DNA from: an uncultured virus (IMG/VR IMGVR_UViG_3300032286_001748) | Taxonomy: Duplodnaviria; Heunggongvirae; Uroviricota; Caudoviricetes | IMG/VR virus record: IMGVR_UViG_3300032286_001748 | Direction: 5' to 3' (one strand) | Length of the DNA: 64,000 nt | Shown here: piece by piece, positions 53,111-61,634 of the stretch | How the letters are laid out: every line of letters starts with the position of its first letter | Position numbering within the stretch: position 1 is the stretch's first letter | The notes under the pieces: generated by a model | The model's input: only the letters and a program-made list of their open reading frames with translations | What the model was told of the DNA's origin: nothing | The model's database searches: none | Program-made: the position numbers and the translations under genes

Positions 53111-53160
53111 CGCCGGCCGAGCGCTTCCACGCGCACCTCGACGGCTGCGTGCGATCGTGA
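53107..53160 (+). repeat. truncated duplicate of the start of ORF 53477-53620
   Basis: MTPAERFHAHLDGCVRS* versus MTPADRFHAHLDGCVRC. Confidence 0.8.
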
Positions 53161-53480
53161 GCGCGCATTGGTTGAAGTCGCTTGGAGAAGCGGTGCGGGA
53201 GTGGCGCGTGCGCGAGACGGGCACGCAGAAGGCAGCCGCAGATCGCCTGTCTGTGTCACAGAGCGGGCTGTCCCGGTGGGAGACCGGCGAAAACGAACCG
53301 GACTATGCGGCCCTGTGGCGCGCGGGCGTCAGCATCGACGCGCTCCTCACGCGCGCGGCTGAGATCGAGAAGGCGCACCTCGACGCTGAGGCGTGCTACG
53401 CGCTCGGGCGGGCGCTGCGCGAACGGCCGGATCTGCACGCGACCGTCACCGAGATCCTGGCGCGCGAGGAGGCCGAATGA
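53157..53480 (+). CDS. XRE-family HTH regulator
   Basis: LGEAVREWR..TQKAAADRLSVSQSGLSRWETGENEP. Confidence 0.85.
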   Translation: MSAHWLKSLGEAVREWRVRETGTQKAAADRLSVSQSGLSRWETGENEPDYAALWRAGVSIDALLTRAAEIEKAHLDAEACYALGRALRERPDLHATVTEILAREEAE

Positions 53481-53620
53481 CCCCCGCTGACCGTTTCCAC
53501 GCCCACCTCGACGGCTGCGTGCGCTGCTCGACGACCCCGTTCAACCTGTGCGCGGAGGGGCACGTCCTGCTCCACCTCGCGGCGCGGGCGGCCACGTCAT
53601 CCCGCGAGAAGACGAAATGA
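53477..53620 (+). CDS. small His/Cys protein
   Basis: FHAHLDGCVRC..LCAEG; ATGA overlaps. Confidence 0.6.
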   Translation: MTPADRFHAHLDGCVRCSTTPFNLCAEGHVLLHLAARAATSSREKTK

Positions 53621-54024
53621 CCGTCCTCCTCGCGAAGATCCAGGCCCACCAAGCGCACCAGTTCTCCGCCGAGGAGCTGGACGAGGCGATCGTGTTCTTC
53701 GGCACCCTGGAGACGGGGCTCCGCCTGCTGGGCCCGCACTACCATCTGGCATGGCAGGAGGTCCAGCGCACCTGGATGGCGCTGCGCGGGTTTCGGACCC
53801 TGCGGGATGCGTGCGCGGACCCCACGGATCGCGCCTATGACTGGAAGCGTGGCCTTCTCATCCCGTGCCCGGTGTGCGCGGTCCCCATCGGGGAGGCCTG
53901 CGATCTCTCGGAGAACGACAGCGCGACGCGTCCGTCTGGATCTCCCGACGCCAAACCGCTTCACCGGGTGCGTGTCGATGCTGGACAAGCGCACGGACGT
54001 ACGAAGGGAGGAGCCAGGACATGA
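53617..54024 (+). CDS. hypothetical protein with Zn finger
   Basis: CPVCAVPIGEAC..H. Confidence 0.6.
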   Translation: MTVLLAKIQAHQAHQFSAEELDEAIVFFGTLETGLRLLGPHYHLAWQEVQRTWMALRGFRTLRDACADPTDRAYDWKRGLLIPCPVCAVPIGEACDLSENDSATRPSGSPDAKPLHRVRVDAGQAHGRTKGGART

Positions 54025-54425
54025 CCAAGGAACAGATCGCACTCTCCCGCCGCGCCGTCGCCTGCAAAGGCTGGCGGTTGACACCGGGTATGCTTACCGA
54101 CGAAGGGCGTCGGGTCATGTGCGTGTGGCCCGATGATCTCGGGATCAAGTGGTCGCACCTCCTCGACAACCGCGTTGTGCGGGACGCCGATGCGCTCCCC
54201 GATCTCACGGACGCGGCAACGCTGGGCTGTCTCCTCGCCCTGGTGCGGGAGGCGTGGGGTTGCGCTGTGAGCATCTGCCCTGACTACGACCACGACGACG
54301 ACGAGGGCTGTCAGGGGCCGAACGTCGTCGGGTGGCGCGCGGTCGAGACGGTGCGCTGGGTGTCGGTCGGGGCGGGCGCCACCGAGGCCGAGGCGCTTGT
54401 GGTCGCGTTGGAGGGCGCGCCATGA
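54021..54425 (+). CDS. phage hypothetical protein
   Basis: RRAVACKGWRL.PGM..LPDLTDAATLGCLLALVREAW..TEAEALV. Confidence 0.7.
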   Translation: MTKEQIALSRRAVACKGWRLTPGMLTDEGRRVMCVWPDDLGIKWSHLLDNRVVRDADALPDLTDAATLGCLLALVREAWGCAVSICPDYDHDDDEGCQGPNVVGWRAVETVRWVSVGAGATEAEALVVALEGAP

Positions 54426-54631
54426 GCGAAAAACGAGACGTGATCTACCGCATCCAATACTCGCACGACAAGGGCGCGACGTGGCTCAACGTGGGGCAAC
54501 CCTACACTGTCAAAGAGGCCGCCGTGCTCGACGCCGAGAACGGTCGGCACTACGCGTACTGTTGCGGCGTCCACTACAGTCGGGTCGTCGCCCTGAGCAC
54601 CGACGTCGTGCAGCAGTGGGGGCCGGCATGA
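54422..54631 (+). CDS. small hypothetical protein
   Basis: ATGA overlaps. Confidence 0.5.
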   Translation: MSEKRDVIYRIQYSHDKGATWLNVGQPYTVKEAAVLDAENGRHYAYCCGVHYSRVVALSTDVVQQWGPA

Positions 54632-54825
54632 CCGAAGCCGAGGCCCGACGCGACGAACGTGCGCGCATCGTCACATGGCTCCGGCAGGAGGCCGCGCGCT
54701 ACCGGCGGCTGGAGCCGGTGCTCTCCCCGGCAGCGCGGGCGCTGGAGGCGACGGCGTACCTCATCGAGACGCACGCCCCGCACACGGTCGATCTCGCTGA
54801 CACGGGGAAGGGGATGGAAGGATGA
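54628..54825 (+). CDS. small protein, ERAAVVAWL-family variant
   Basis: DERARIVTWLR..ATAYLIE. Confidence 0.55.
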   Translation: MTEAEARRDERARIVTWLRQEAARYRRLEPVLSPAARALEATAYLIETHAPHTVDLADTGKGMEG

Positions 54826-55001
54826 TCTCCCTGTTCATGGTTCTGGCGTGCCTCTCAACGCCTACGCCCGAACAGACGGTATTCTGCGAAGCCCTGTGCC
54901 CGCCGCCCGTGGCGGCCGTCAAGGCGTGGGAGATCTCCGGTGGGGTCAAGTGTGAGTGCATCTACCGCCTCCCGGCGCTCCCGCGCACGGAGGTCAAGTG
55001 A
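54822..55001 (+). CDS. small Cys-rich putative lipoprotein
   Basis: MISLFMVLAC; 59 aa, coupled on both sides. Confidence 0.45.
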   Translation: MISLFMVLACLSTPTPEQTVFCEALCPPPVAAVKAWEISGGVKCECIYRLPALPRTEVK

Positions 55002-55249
55002 CCCTCACCGCCCGCTGCGAGACCTGCCGCTGGTCGGAGCCCGGTAGCCGGTCCGGCGGCCCCGTGCTGGAGTGCCACCGCGCGCCCCCCAGCTCGGACG
55101 GCTGGCCCGCCGTGCGCCCGGCCGACCGGTGCGGGGAGCACGCGTCGGACGGGTGGAAGGGGTTCACCGAGGCCGAGAAGGGGAGGGCGCGCCAGGCGGC
55201 GGCCATCCAGAACCTCTTCCGGCGGCTCGCGCAGATCGGGAGGGGTTGA
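54998..55249 (+). CDS. small Cys-rich phage protein
   Basis: CETCRW..ECHRAPP..WPAV..CGEH. Confidence 0.65.
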   Translation: MTLTARCETCRWSEPGSRSGGPVLECHRAPPSSDGWPAVRPADRCGEHASDGWKGFTEAEKGRARQAAAIQNLFRRLAQIGRG

Positions 55250-55273
55250 CACCTGACAGGTATGGGATAGGGT
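55246..55273 (+). promoter_or_regulatory. putative promoter, recurrent motif
   Basis: TTGACA-cc-TGACAGG...16 nt...TAGGGT. Confidence 0.6.
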
Positions 55274-55288
55274 GGGTCCGGAGGTTCG

Positions 55289-55591
55289 ATGACCGCAGAC
55301 ACCGCCCTCGGCGCCGCCCTCGGCGCAGCCCTCTTTGGGATCTGCGTCGGGGAGTGGGTCCGGCGCCGACCGGCGCTCTCTCCCTCTTCGATGGTTTTCC
55401 TCGAGATGGGCGTGGTGCTCGTGACGACCGCCCTCGGCGCCGTCCTCGGCGGCTGCGTGGGGACCGCCCTCTCGGGGGAGACCCCCACGGAGAGGCCCCT
55501 CCACTGGGAGCCCGTCGCGCCGCCGCGCGCCGGCCTTGTCTGCTGGCGTGCGGGGCACGCCGTCGTGTGCGAGCCAGAGGAGGAACCGTGA
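55289..55591 (+). CDS. two-TM membrane protein
   Basis: GGAGG RBS; two hydrophobic helices. Confidence 0.65.
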   Translation: MTADTALGAALGAALFGICVGEWVRRRPALSPSSMVFLEMGVVLVTTALGAVLGGCVGTALSGETPTERPLHWEPVAPPRAGLVCWRAGHAVVCEPEEEP

Positions 55592-56145
55592 GCAAGCCCC
55601 CCGTCGATCCCATCGCCTACCCGCTCCGCTGCCTCCGCCGCGCCGTGGAGATCGGCTACCCGTGGTCCGTCTCTCCGCACGAGGCCCGCGCCCTCGTCGC
55701 GGAGGTCGAGCGCCTGCGCGCCCTGGAGGCCGACGCCGAGCGCGCCCGCGTCAAGGCCGACCTGTGGAGCTACTACGAGGCCTTCGTCGCGGCCAACGGG
55801 GCGGGGTCGATTACGGAACTCGTCGTCCAGCGGGACGCGGCCCGCGCCGAAGCCGCGACGATGCGCGCGTGGGCTGAGGAGGCCGCGAAAGCGGAGAACG
55901 AGAACGCGCGGGATCTGGAGATGGCGCGCGACACGATCCAACGCCTCACGCGCCTCCTCGTAGAGGCGAAGAAGGAAGGCGCGAGGAGCACGGTGGAGGA
56001 GCGCGATGCGGAGCGCGCCGCCGTCGTGGCGTGGCTGCGGGAGGTGGCCGATGCGCCGGAGACGTATGTAGACGAGGCCATCGCCCTGCGCGGAGCGTCG
56101 GCATCCATCGAACGCGGTGAACACCGCCGCGAGGAGCAAAAGTGA
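55588..56145 (+). CDS. coiled-coil protein, ERAAVVAWL...IERGEHRREE family
   Basis: WSVSPHEARALVAEVERLR and the C-terminal module shared with 351-710. Confidence 0.7.
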   Translation: MSKPPVDPIAYPLRCLRRAVEIGYPWSVSPHEARALVAEVERLRALEADAERARVKADLWSYYEAFVAANGAGSITELVVQRDAARAEAATMRAWAEEAAKAENENARDLEMARDTIQRLTRLLVEAKKEGARSTVEERDAERAAVVAWLREVADAPETYVDEAIALRGASASIERGEHRREEQK

Positions 56146-56381
56146 GCGCCCCCAAGCCCCGCGACTACCACGAGCGCCGCAGATGGCAGGACGCCCAGCG
56201 CGCGGCCGGCGCAGATCCGGAGTGCGGACGGGAGGCGTGCCGCAACACGGCGAAGCCCGCCTACGTCAACGCCGGTACGCCGCTGCTCTACTGCGCCGCC
56301 TGCGCTCACGCGATCAACCGCTACAACCCCGGCCTGTGTACGCTGGAACGCGGCGAGCCCCGCCGCGAGGAGGCCCAATGA
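56142..56381 (+). CDS. small Cys-rich protein ending LERGEPRREE
   Basis: CGREAC..YCAACAHAIN. Confidence 0.6.
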   Translation: MSAPKPRDYHERRRWQDAQRAAGADPECGREACRNTAKPAYVNAGTPLLYCAACAHAINRYNPGLCTLERGEPRREEAQ

Positions 56382-56698
56382 CCCCCGAACCCTGCCCGAC
56401 CTGTAGGGGACGATGCTGCGTCACTGGGGGCGCGCTCAAGATCCCCCACGGTGGCGGGAACGCGCTCTCCGTGCGCCACTACCGACACGACTGCCCCGAC
56501 TGCGAGGAGGGAGTCGTCCCCACGCTCACCCGCACCGCCGAGGACGACCTCGTGCGCGTCCTCCGGCGCGTCCTCGACGAGAACAAGCTCCGCGAGGCCC
56601 ACGGCGAGGACACCCTCGGCGTGCTGATGAAGTGCGGTGCCTTCCACGACACCGAGGTGGCCGCGCTCGCTGCGCGCATCGACGCGGTGGAGCTGTGA
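56378..56698 (+). CDS. Zn-binding hypothetical protein
   Basis: PCPTCRGRCC..CPDC. Confidence 0.6.
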   Translation: MTPEPCPTCRGRCCVTGGALKIPHGGGNALSVRHYRHDCPDCEEGVVPTLTRTAEDDLVRVLRRVLDENKLREAHGEDTLGVLMKCGAFHDTEVAALAARIDAVEL

Positions 56699-57096
56699 GC
56701 GCCCCCACGCCCTGCCCGACCTGCAACGGGCGCTGCTGCTTCCGCATGGGCTCCGTGAAGGCGGACGATGCGTACGTCCCCCACGGGAACGGCGAGAGGG
56801 ACGAGGCGTACAGCTTCCACGTCTGCGCCTGCTTCAACGGAACGACCGCGGGAGGCGTGTCCTCTGGGCCCCTGCACCCGGCGGCCGAGAATGAGCGCGC
56901 CGCGGTGGTGCGCTGGCTTCGGACGATGCCGGACATGCGCTGCACCGTCATCGACGCCATCGCGCGTGGCGCACACCATCACGAGGAGGAGAACGGGTGT
57001 CCCTACTGCGGGGCATTGGGTGAGCCCAACGGGTGCGCCGATTGTGCCGCCGAGGCGTATGAGCGAGGCACGGAACTCTGCGAGGAGGAAACGTGA
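56695..57096 (+). CDS. Zn-binding protein with ERAAVV module
   Basis: PCPTCNGRCC; ERAAVVRWLR..IARGAHHHEE. Confidence 0.6.
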   Translation: MSAPTPCPTCNGRCCFRMGSVKADDAYVPHGNGERDEAYSFHVCACFNGTTAGGVSSGPLHPAAENERAAVVRWLRTMPDMRCTVIDAIARGAHHHEEENGCPYCGALGEPNGCADCAAEAYERGTELCEEET

Positions 57097-57404
57097 TCGA
57101 CTTCATGACCATCGACCTCGACGACTGCCGCGCGCGCTTCAAGGCCCTCGCGTCCAGCGACGTCAAGCCCCACGTCCACGAATCGCTGGAGGAGGTCATC
57201 GCGTCCCTGGAGCGCCTGCGTGCCGAGGTCGTGACCCTGCGCGGAGAGCGCGCGGCCGTGGTGGCGTTCCTGCGGGCCCGGTCGAAGGCCCTGGGCGAGG
57301 ATCACCGCAACACCGACGATCCGGTCTGCTGGGCGGAGATGTCCCTTTCCGCAGTGGCAGTGAACATCGAGCGCGGCGAACACCGCCGCGAGGAGAAGGA
57401 ATGA
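57093..57404 (+). CDS. ERAAVVAWL...IERGEHRREE family protein
   Basis: GERAAVVAFLR..NIERGEHRREEKE. Confidence 0.7.
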   Translation: MIDFMTIDLDDCRARFKALASSDVKPHVHESLEEVIASLERLRAEVVTLRGERAAVVAFLRARSKALGEDHRNTDDPVCWAEMSLSAVAVNIERGEHRREEKE

Positions 57405-57652
57405 CCACGCCGAGCGCATGGGCGATGGACATCGCAGACGAGATCGTTGTCTCCGAGGGGCTCGCACCCAGCTCCGAGCGCGATCTGCTGGAGAAGATCG
57501 CAGCCGCGCTGGACGCAGAACGTGCCGCCGTGGTGGCGTGGCTGCGTGCGGAGAGCCGAGTTGCGGGTGTGTCGCCCGACGAGAGGCGCATGTTGGCGTA
57601 CGCTTCCAGCCACATCGAGCGCGGCGAGCACCGCCGCGAGGAGACGAAATGA
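57401..57652 (+). CDS. ERAAVVAWL...IERGEHRREE family protein
   Basis: AERAAVVAWLR..HIERGEHRREETK. Confidence 0.7.
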   Translation: MTTPSAWAMDIADEIVVSEGLAPSSERDLLEKIAAALDAERAAVVAWLRAESRVAGVSPDERRMLAYASSHIERGEHRREETK

Positions 57653-57909
57653 CCGACCGAAACGGAGCAGCCGTCTCTATCGGCGCGCGGGTGCGCTTCA
57701 CGACGGACCATCAACGCGAGCGCTGGGTCGAGGGCTGGGTCCGCGACGTTGCGGAGCACACGTTCTACCACCCCAAAACGACGCGGTGGGAGGCCCGCGT
57801 GGACAACGGGGTCGAGGACAGCGACCACTTCACCAACGGCGCGACGATCCTCGCGTGGGTTCCATGTGCGGAGATCGAGGTCTGCGGCCGCGAGGACGGG
57901 ATCCCATGA
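57649..57909 (+). CDS. SH3/KOW-like small protein, tandem paralog 1
   Basis: DRNGAAVSIGARVRF..WVEGWVR..ARVDNG..EIEV. Confidence 0.6.
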   Translation: MTDRNGAAVSIGARVRFTTDHQRERWVEGWVRDVAEHTFYHPKTTRWEARVDNGVEDSDHFTNGATILAWVPCAEIEVCGREDGIP

Positions 57910-58223
57910 TCGACCGCTACCAGCGCCCCGTCCGCGTCGGAGATCTCATCCGCTTCCGCGCGCTCGGCTCCCGCTGGGCCGAGGGCGTCGTCCGCGAGAT
58001 CGTGCGCTGGCCCACCCCGAACGACCCAGAGCACGCGCGGGTCGACGACGGCGACCCGGCCGAGCCCGAGCTGCGCGCGAGCGGGTTCACGGTCTGCGCG
58101 CTGGTGGACCACAACGAGATCGAGGTCCTCGCGCCATGCGCCGCACCCACCACCGCGCCCGCGTCCTGCGGGCCCGCCGCGGACGGTTCCGCTACGCCCC
58201 GCCCTCCGCGCGGGCCAACGTGA
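57906..58223 (+). CDS. SH3/KOW-like small protein, tandem paralog 2
   Basis: DRYQRPVRVGDLIRF..WAEGVVR..ARVDDG..EIEV. Confidence 0.6.
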   Translation: MIDRYQRPVRVGDLIRFRALGSRWAEGVVREIVRWPTPNDPEHARVDDGDPAEPELRASGFTVCALVDHNEIEVLAPCAAPTTAPASCGPAADGSATPRPPRGPT

Positions 58224-58351
58224 AGGCCGAGGCGCGCTCCGGGATGCGCGCGGCCGACCGGGTGGCCGAGCAGGCCGCGCTGCGCGGGGACGACCCCGTC
58301 GCGCCCACGCGCACCCTCGAGGTCAGCGACCGGTGGAGTTGGGATTGAGCG

Positions 58352-60562
58352 TCAGAAGAGGTCGATCTCGATGACCATGTCGGCTGCGGCACCCGCAGCC
58401 GGGATGCCGTCCGTCTGCACGGCGAGGTAGTCGCCCTGCGCGAAGTCCACCGAAACACCGTACTGCACCGCCGAGGTGTTGGCCCCGCTCACGGTCGCGG
58501 TCATGGCCGTAGGCACTCCGCTGCCCACCACGCCGGTCGTGGACTTCAGAACCGTGATCACGACGGCGTTCGCACCACCCGGAGCCACGCGCAGGTTGAC
58601 GGACAAGCCCTGTACGATGCTCTTCTGCTGGAAGCGGTAGAAGACCTGCGTGGCATCGCCAGCGGTCTGCACCCCCGGCCAATAGTATCGGACGGCATCG
58701 TTGACGTTGCCCTGCAGGCCGTAGACGAGCGTGGACGGGGTGACGTAGGTGGTGAAAGCATGGTTCCCCGCCGACTTCGTGATGAGGTCGGTGCCGGGGC
58801 CGATCTGGATGCCGTTCGTGCCGTTGCCAGCCTGCGGCGCGTTCTGGAGGATGTCGCTCCCAGCGTACCGCTGCACGAACGTGAGCGCGACCGCACCCAC
58901 GTTGCCCACCGTCGTACACTCCCAGCCCGTGTGGACGTAGGTGCCGCCGTCCACGAAAATGTAGGCGCCGAGGGCCGCGCTCCCCGCCGCGTAGTCCAGC
59001 GCGCGTGTCCAGGCACCCGCCGCGACGACATAGATGCCGTTGTCTACACCGGCCGCCTGCGCGGCAACGAGAACACGGTTTCCTGCGACAAGAGGAACGC
59101 CCTGAATCACGGGAGTGCCGTTGAGCACCGTGTTGACATCGGTGCGGAGCACGACGGGCAACTTCAGCGCAACGGCGGGGTACGGCGACCCGGCGACGGA
59201 GGACGTGCGAACCTGAACCTGCGAGTTGATGTTGTCGGTGTAGACGCCGACATAGAGGCCCGTCGAGAGAGGGTTGGTCGGAGCCGCGACGTAGATGTTC
59301 ATGTCGCGGGTGCTGACCTCCGACGCCGAGGTGCTGGGCATGAAGATGCCGAACTTGTTCCCGCCTCCGTTGCTCCGCACGTTGATGGTGGAACCCTTCA
59401 GCATGTTGAAGGAGAACGTCGCGGGGCCGAGCACACCTGCGCCGCTGCACAGGACGCCGTACACGTTTGTCGTCGTGCCCACGGCCACGGTGGAGTTGTC
59501 CACGGTGAGGACAGACACCCGCAACTTGGAGGTCACCGAGGTCGTGCCGGGGAGCGCGATGCCGACGAGGTTCGTCGTCGCGTCCGCCGAGGTGAGCGTA
59601 AGCGAGAGGTCTTCGACGCGGGTGTTTTCGCCCATCGTCAGCATCGTGGCCGTGCCGCCGGGAACGGAGGCCGCCCAGGTCAACCGGGTCGTCTGGAGCG
59701 AGAGGCCGCGCAGCGAGCAGGTGTTCGGGAGGGTCAACCCGCCCGAGAGCGCGTAGGTGCCGGGGAGAATCCAGCACGTCACGCCGCCCGCGGGGAGGAC
59801 GAGTCCCGCCATGTAGGTGACGGCGGCGTTCACCGTCGCGAACGGAAGCCCGTTGATCGATCCGGTCCCGTCGTTGCCGTTGATCGAATCCACGACGACG
59901 GTGTTGCCCATCTTGAGGAGCGAGGCGCTGCTTCCCGGTGCGGAGCCCCCCGTCACCCCCGTCACGCGCCCGAATGCGTCCGTGGTCAGCGAGGCGGGGT
60001 AGGCGTAGACCCCGGCCGTCCCGGCGGCGGCGAGCCCGAGGACGGGCGCGGTCGCGGAGCCCGTGTTCGTCAGCTCGCCCGCATCGACGCTGACCGAGGT
60101 GACCGGGGCCGCGCCGCTCGCCGCCGCCGTCACGCGCCCGTAGGCGTCCACGGTGACCGAGGCGTTGGTGTAGGCGCCCGCTCCGACGCCGCTCGTCGCC
60201 AGGTCGAGCGTGTACGGGAGGCCGGCGCCGCCATCCGTACCCACGAGCCGACCGGCCGCGGGAGTGAAGACGCGCTCCTGCGTGAGCGCGCCGTTCGCGG
60301 TCAGGGTCAGGTAGGTCGCGTTGATGGGCGCGCCTGTGGCGGTGCCGAGCGCCACCCAGACCAGCCCTTTCGCGCCGCCCACGCTGGCGTTCTTGTAGGC
60401 CGCCCCGTTCTGCCGATCCAGCGCGAGCGACCCGCCGAGCGCGAGCACGACCCCGTTCGGATCGCTGTCCACCTGGAGGATCGGCGTGCGGTCGAGGGCG
60501 TCGGCCCCCACCCAGAGGGCGTCGGCCTCGAGCGTCCCCGCGAAGAGGTTGCGCGTGCTCAT
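58352..60562 (-). CDS. tail-fibre/spike-like structural protein
   Basis: VTVDAYGRVT and LTTDAFGRVT fibre repeats; VDSINGND..PFATV..PGTY beta-helix start; GNRVLV..Q..NGIYVV..GAWTRA domain. Confidence 0.8.
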   Translation of the reverse strand: MSTRNLFAGTLEADALWVGADALDRTPILQVDSDPNGVVLALGGSLALDRQNGAAYKNASVGGAKGLVWVALGTATGAPINATYLTLTANGALTQERVFTPAAGRLVGTDGGAGLPYTLDLATSGVGAGAYTNASVTVDAYGRVTAAASGAAPVTSVSVDAGELTNTGSATAPVLGLAAAGTAGVYAYPASLTTDAFGRVTGVTGGSAPGSSASLLKMGNTVVVDSINGNDGTGSINGLPFATVNAAVTYMAGLVLPAGGVTCWILPGTYALSGGLTLPNTCSLRGLSLQTTRLTWAASVPGGTATMLTMGENTRVEDLSLTLTSADATTNLVGIALPGTTSVTSKLRVSVLTVDNSTVAVGTTTNVYGVLCSGAGVLGPATFSFNMLKGSTINVRSNGGGNKFGIFMPSTSASEVSTRDMNIYVAAPTNPLSTGLYVGVYTDNINSQVQVRTSSVAGSPYPAVALKLPVVLRTDVNTVLNGTPVIQGVPLVAGNRVLVAAQAAGVDNGIYVVAAGAWTRALDYAAGSAALGAYIFVDGGTYVHTGWECTTVGNVGAVALTFVQRYAGSDILQNAPQAGNGTNGIQIGPGTDLITKSAGNHAFTTYVTPSTLVYGLQGNVNDAVRYYWPGVQTAGDATQVFYRFQQKSIVQGLSVNLRVAPGGANAVVITVLKSTTGVVGSGVPTAMTATVSGANTSAVQYGVSVDFAQGDYLAVQTDGIPAAGAAADMVIEIDLF

Positions 60563-60870
60563 GGGGTTCGCTTCATGGCCGCATCCGCCTTCTGCCAGAT
60601 CCAGAGGCTCCACACCGACACCCCGAGGCCCGTGGCGGCCGTGGCGGCGCGCAACACCGGGCGCTCCGCGGGGAGCTGGCTGGCCGCGTACACCACCAGC
60701 GGGCCCCCGAGCAGGCCGGCGGCGAGCCGCAGGGGCTGCACCATCGTCTGCTCGACATCGTGCGCCACGCACAGGTAGGGCCGCTCCTCGGTGCGGAGGG
60801 TCGCGGAGACGGCCGTGGAGGCCGGGAGGCGCTCCGTGCGGACGCCAGGATAACGAGAACCGGTCGGCAT
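60559..60870 (-). CDS. small two-TM membrane protein
   Basis: LAAGLLGGPLVVYAA and ATGLGVSVWSLWIW. Confidence 0.6.
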   Translation of the reverse strand: MPTGSRYPGVRTERLPASTAVSATLRTEERPYLCVAHDVEQTMVQPLRLAAGLLGGPLVVYAASQLPAERPVLRAATAATGLGVSVWSLWIWQKADAAMKRTP

Positions 60871-61634
60871 CAGCTCACCCTCCGTCCTTCACCGTACTTC
60901 GCCCGCCACACCGCCTCGCTGGCGGCCACGGCCGAAGCGGGCGGAGGCGTGTTGACCTCAACGTGCATCTCGTCCGCGCGGTACTTGTAGGTCCCGCCCC
61001 ACTTGAGCCCCAGGCTCTTGGCCTTCGCGGTGATTGCCGCCGCCTGCGCGGGGGACACGGTCCCGCGCGCCCCGAGCTTGTGCCGGCTCCCATTGATGTC
61101 GATCGCGGTGCCCGAGGCGTGGTTGGAGAGGTAGCTGTATCCTTGGATCTTCCGGTAGTTGTAGGAGCCCGTGTCGCCGGGGTTGACCGGCTCGACGTTC
61201 GCGTCCCACCAGCGCACCATCTCGACCAGCGCGGGCGCCGTCTCCGCGCGCAGCGGGAGGGTGACGCTCGCCCCGCTCCGGAGGGGGATCGTCATCCGCA
61301 CGAGCTTGACGACTTCGGGGTCGGGGTGCGCCGGCCAGCCGTTCTGGCTCTGGCCGAGCGCGACCGCGCCAGGCCCAGCGGGGGCCGCGGAGGAGGCCGC
61401 CGGGGTGGAGGGGAGCGGCGCTTCTGGCTCCAGGGTCTCGAGGTCTTCCTGCATCCGCCCGCGGCGCTGGGACCAGACCCACGCCCCGCCGGCCCCCGCG
61501 AGGAGGAGGAGGCCGAGCCCGACGTTCGTCTTCCGGTCTGCGCTGCCTTCCCCAGCCGGACCCGGGGGCCGCGCGCGCGCCGACCCCAGCGCGAGGGGGG
61601 AGAGGGCGAGGAGGGTGAGCACCGTGCCGTTCAT
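60870..61634 (-). CDS. membrane-anchored M15-family peptidoglycan peptidase
   Basis: Tag-like MNGTVLTLLALSPLALGSA plus second TM; SQNGWP, YNYR, SNHASGTAIDIN, KWGG, DEMHVE. Confidence 0.85.
   Translation of the reverse strand: MNGTVLTLLALSPLALGSARARPPGPAGEGSADRKTNVGLGLLLLAGAGGAWVWSQRRGRMQEDLETLEPEAPLPSTPAASSAAPAGPGAVALGQSQNGWPAHPDPEVVKLVRMTIPLRSGASVTLPLRAETAPALVEMVRWWDANVEPVNPGDTGSYNYRKIQGYSYLSNHASGTAIDINGSRHKLGARGTVSPAQAAAITAKAKSLGLKWGGTYKYRADEMHVEVNTPPPASAVAASEAVWRAKYGEGRRVS

Noticed and set aside
58136..58348. 70-aa ORF MRRTHHRARV...DRWSWD
   Set aside because: Plausible small gene but overlaps 57906-58223 by 88 nt; cannot decide from sequence alone
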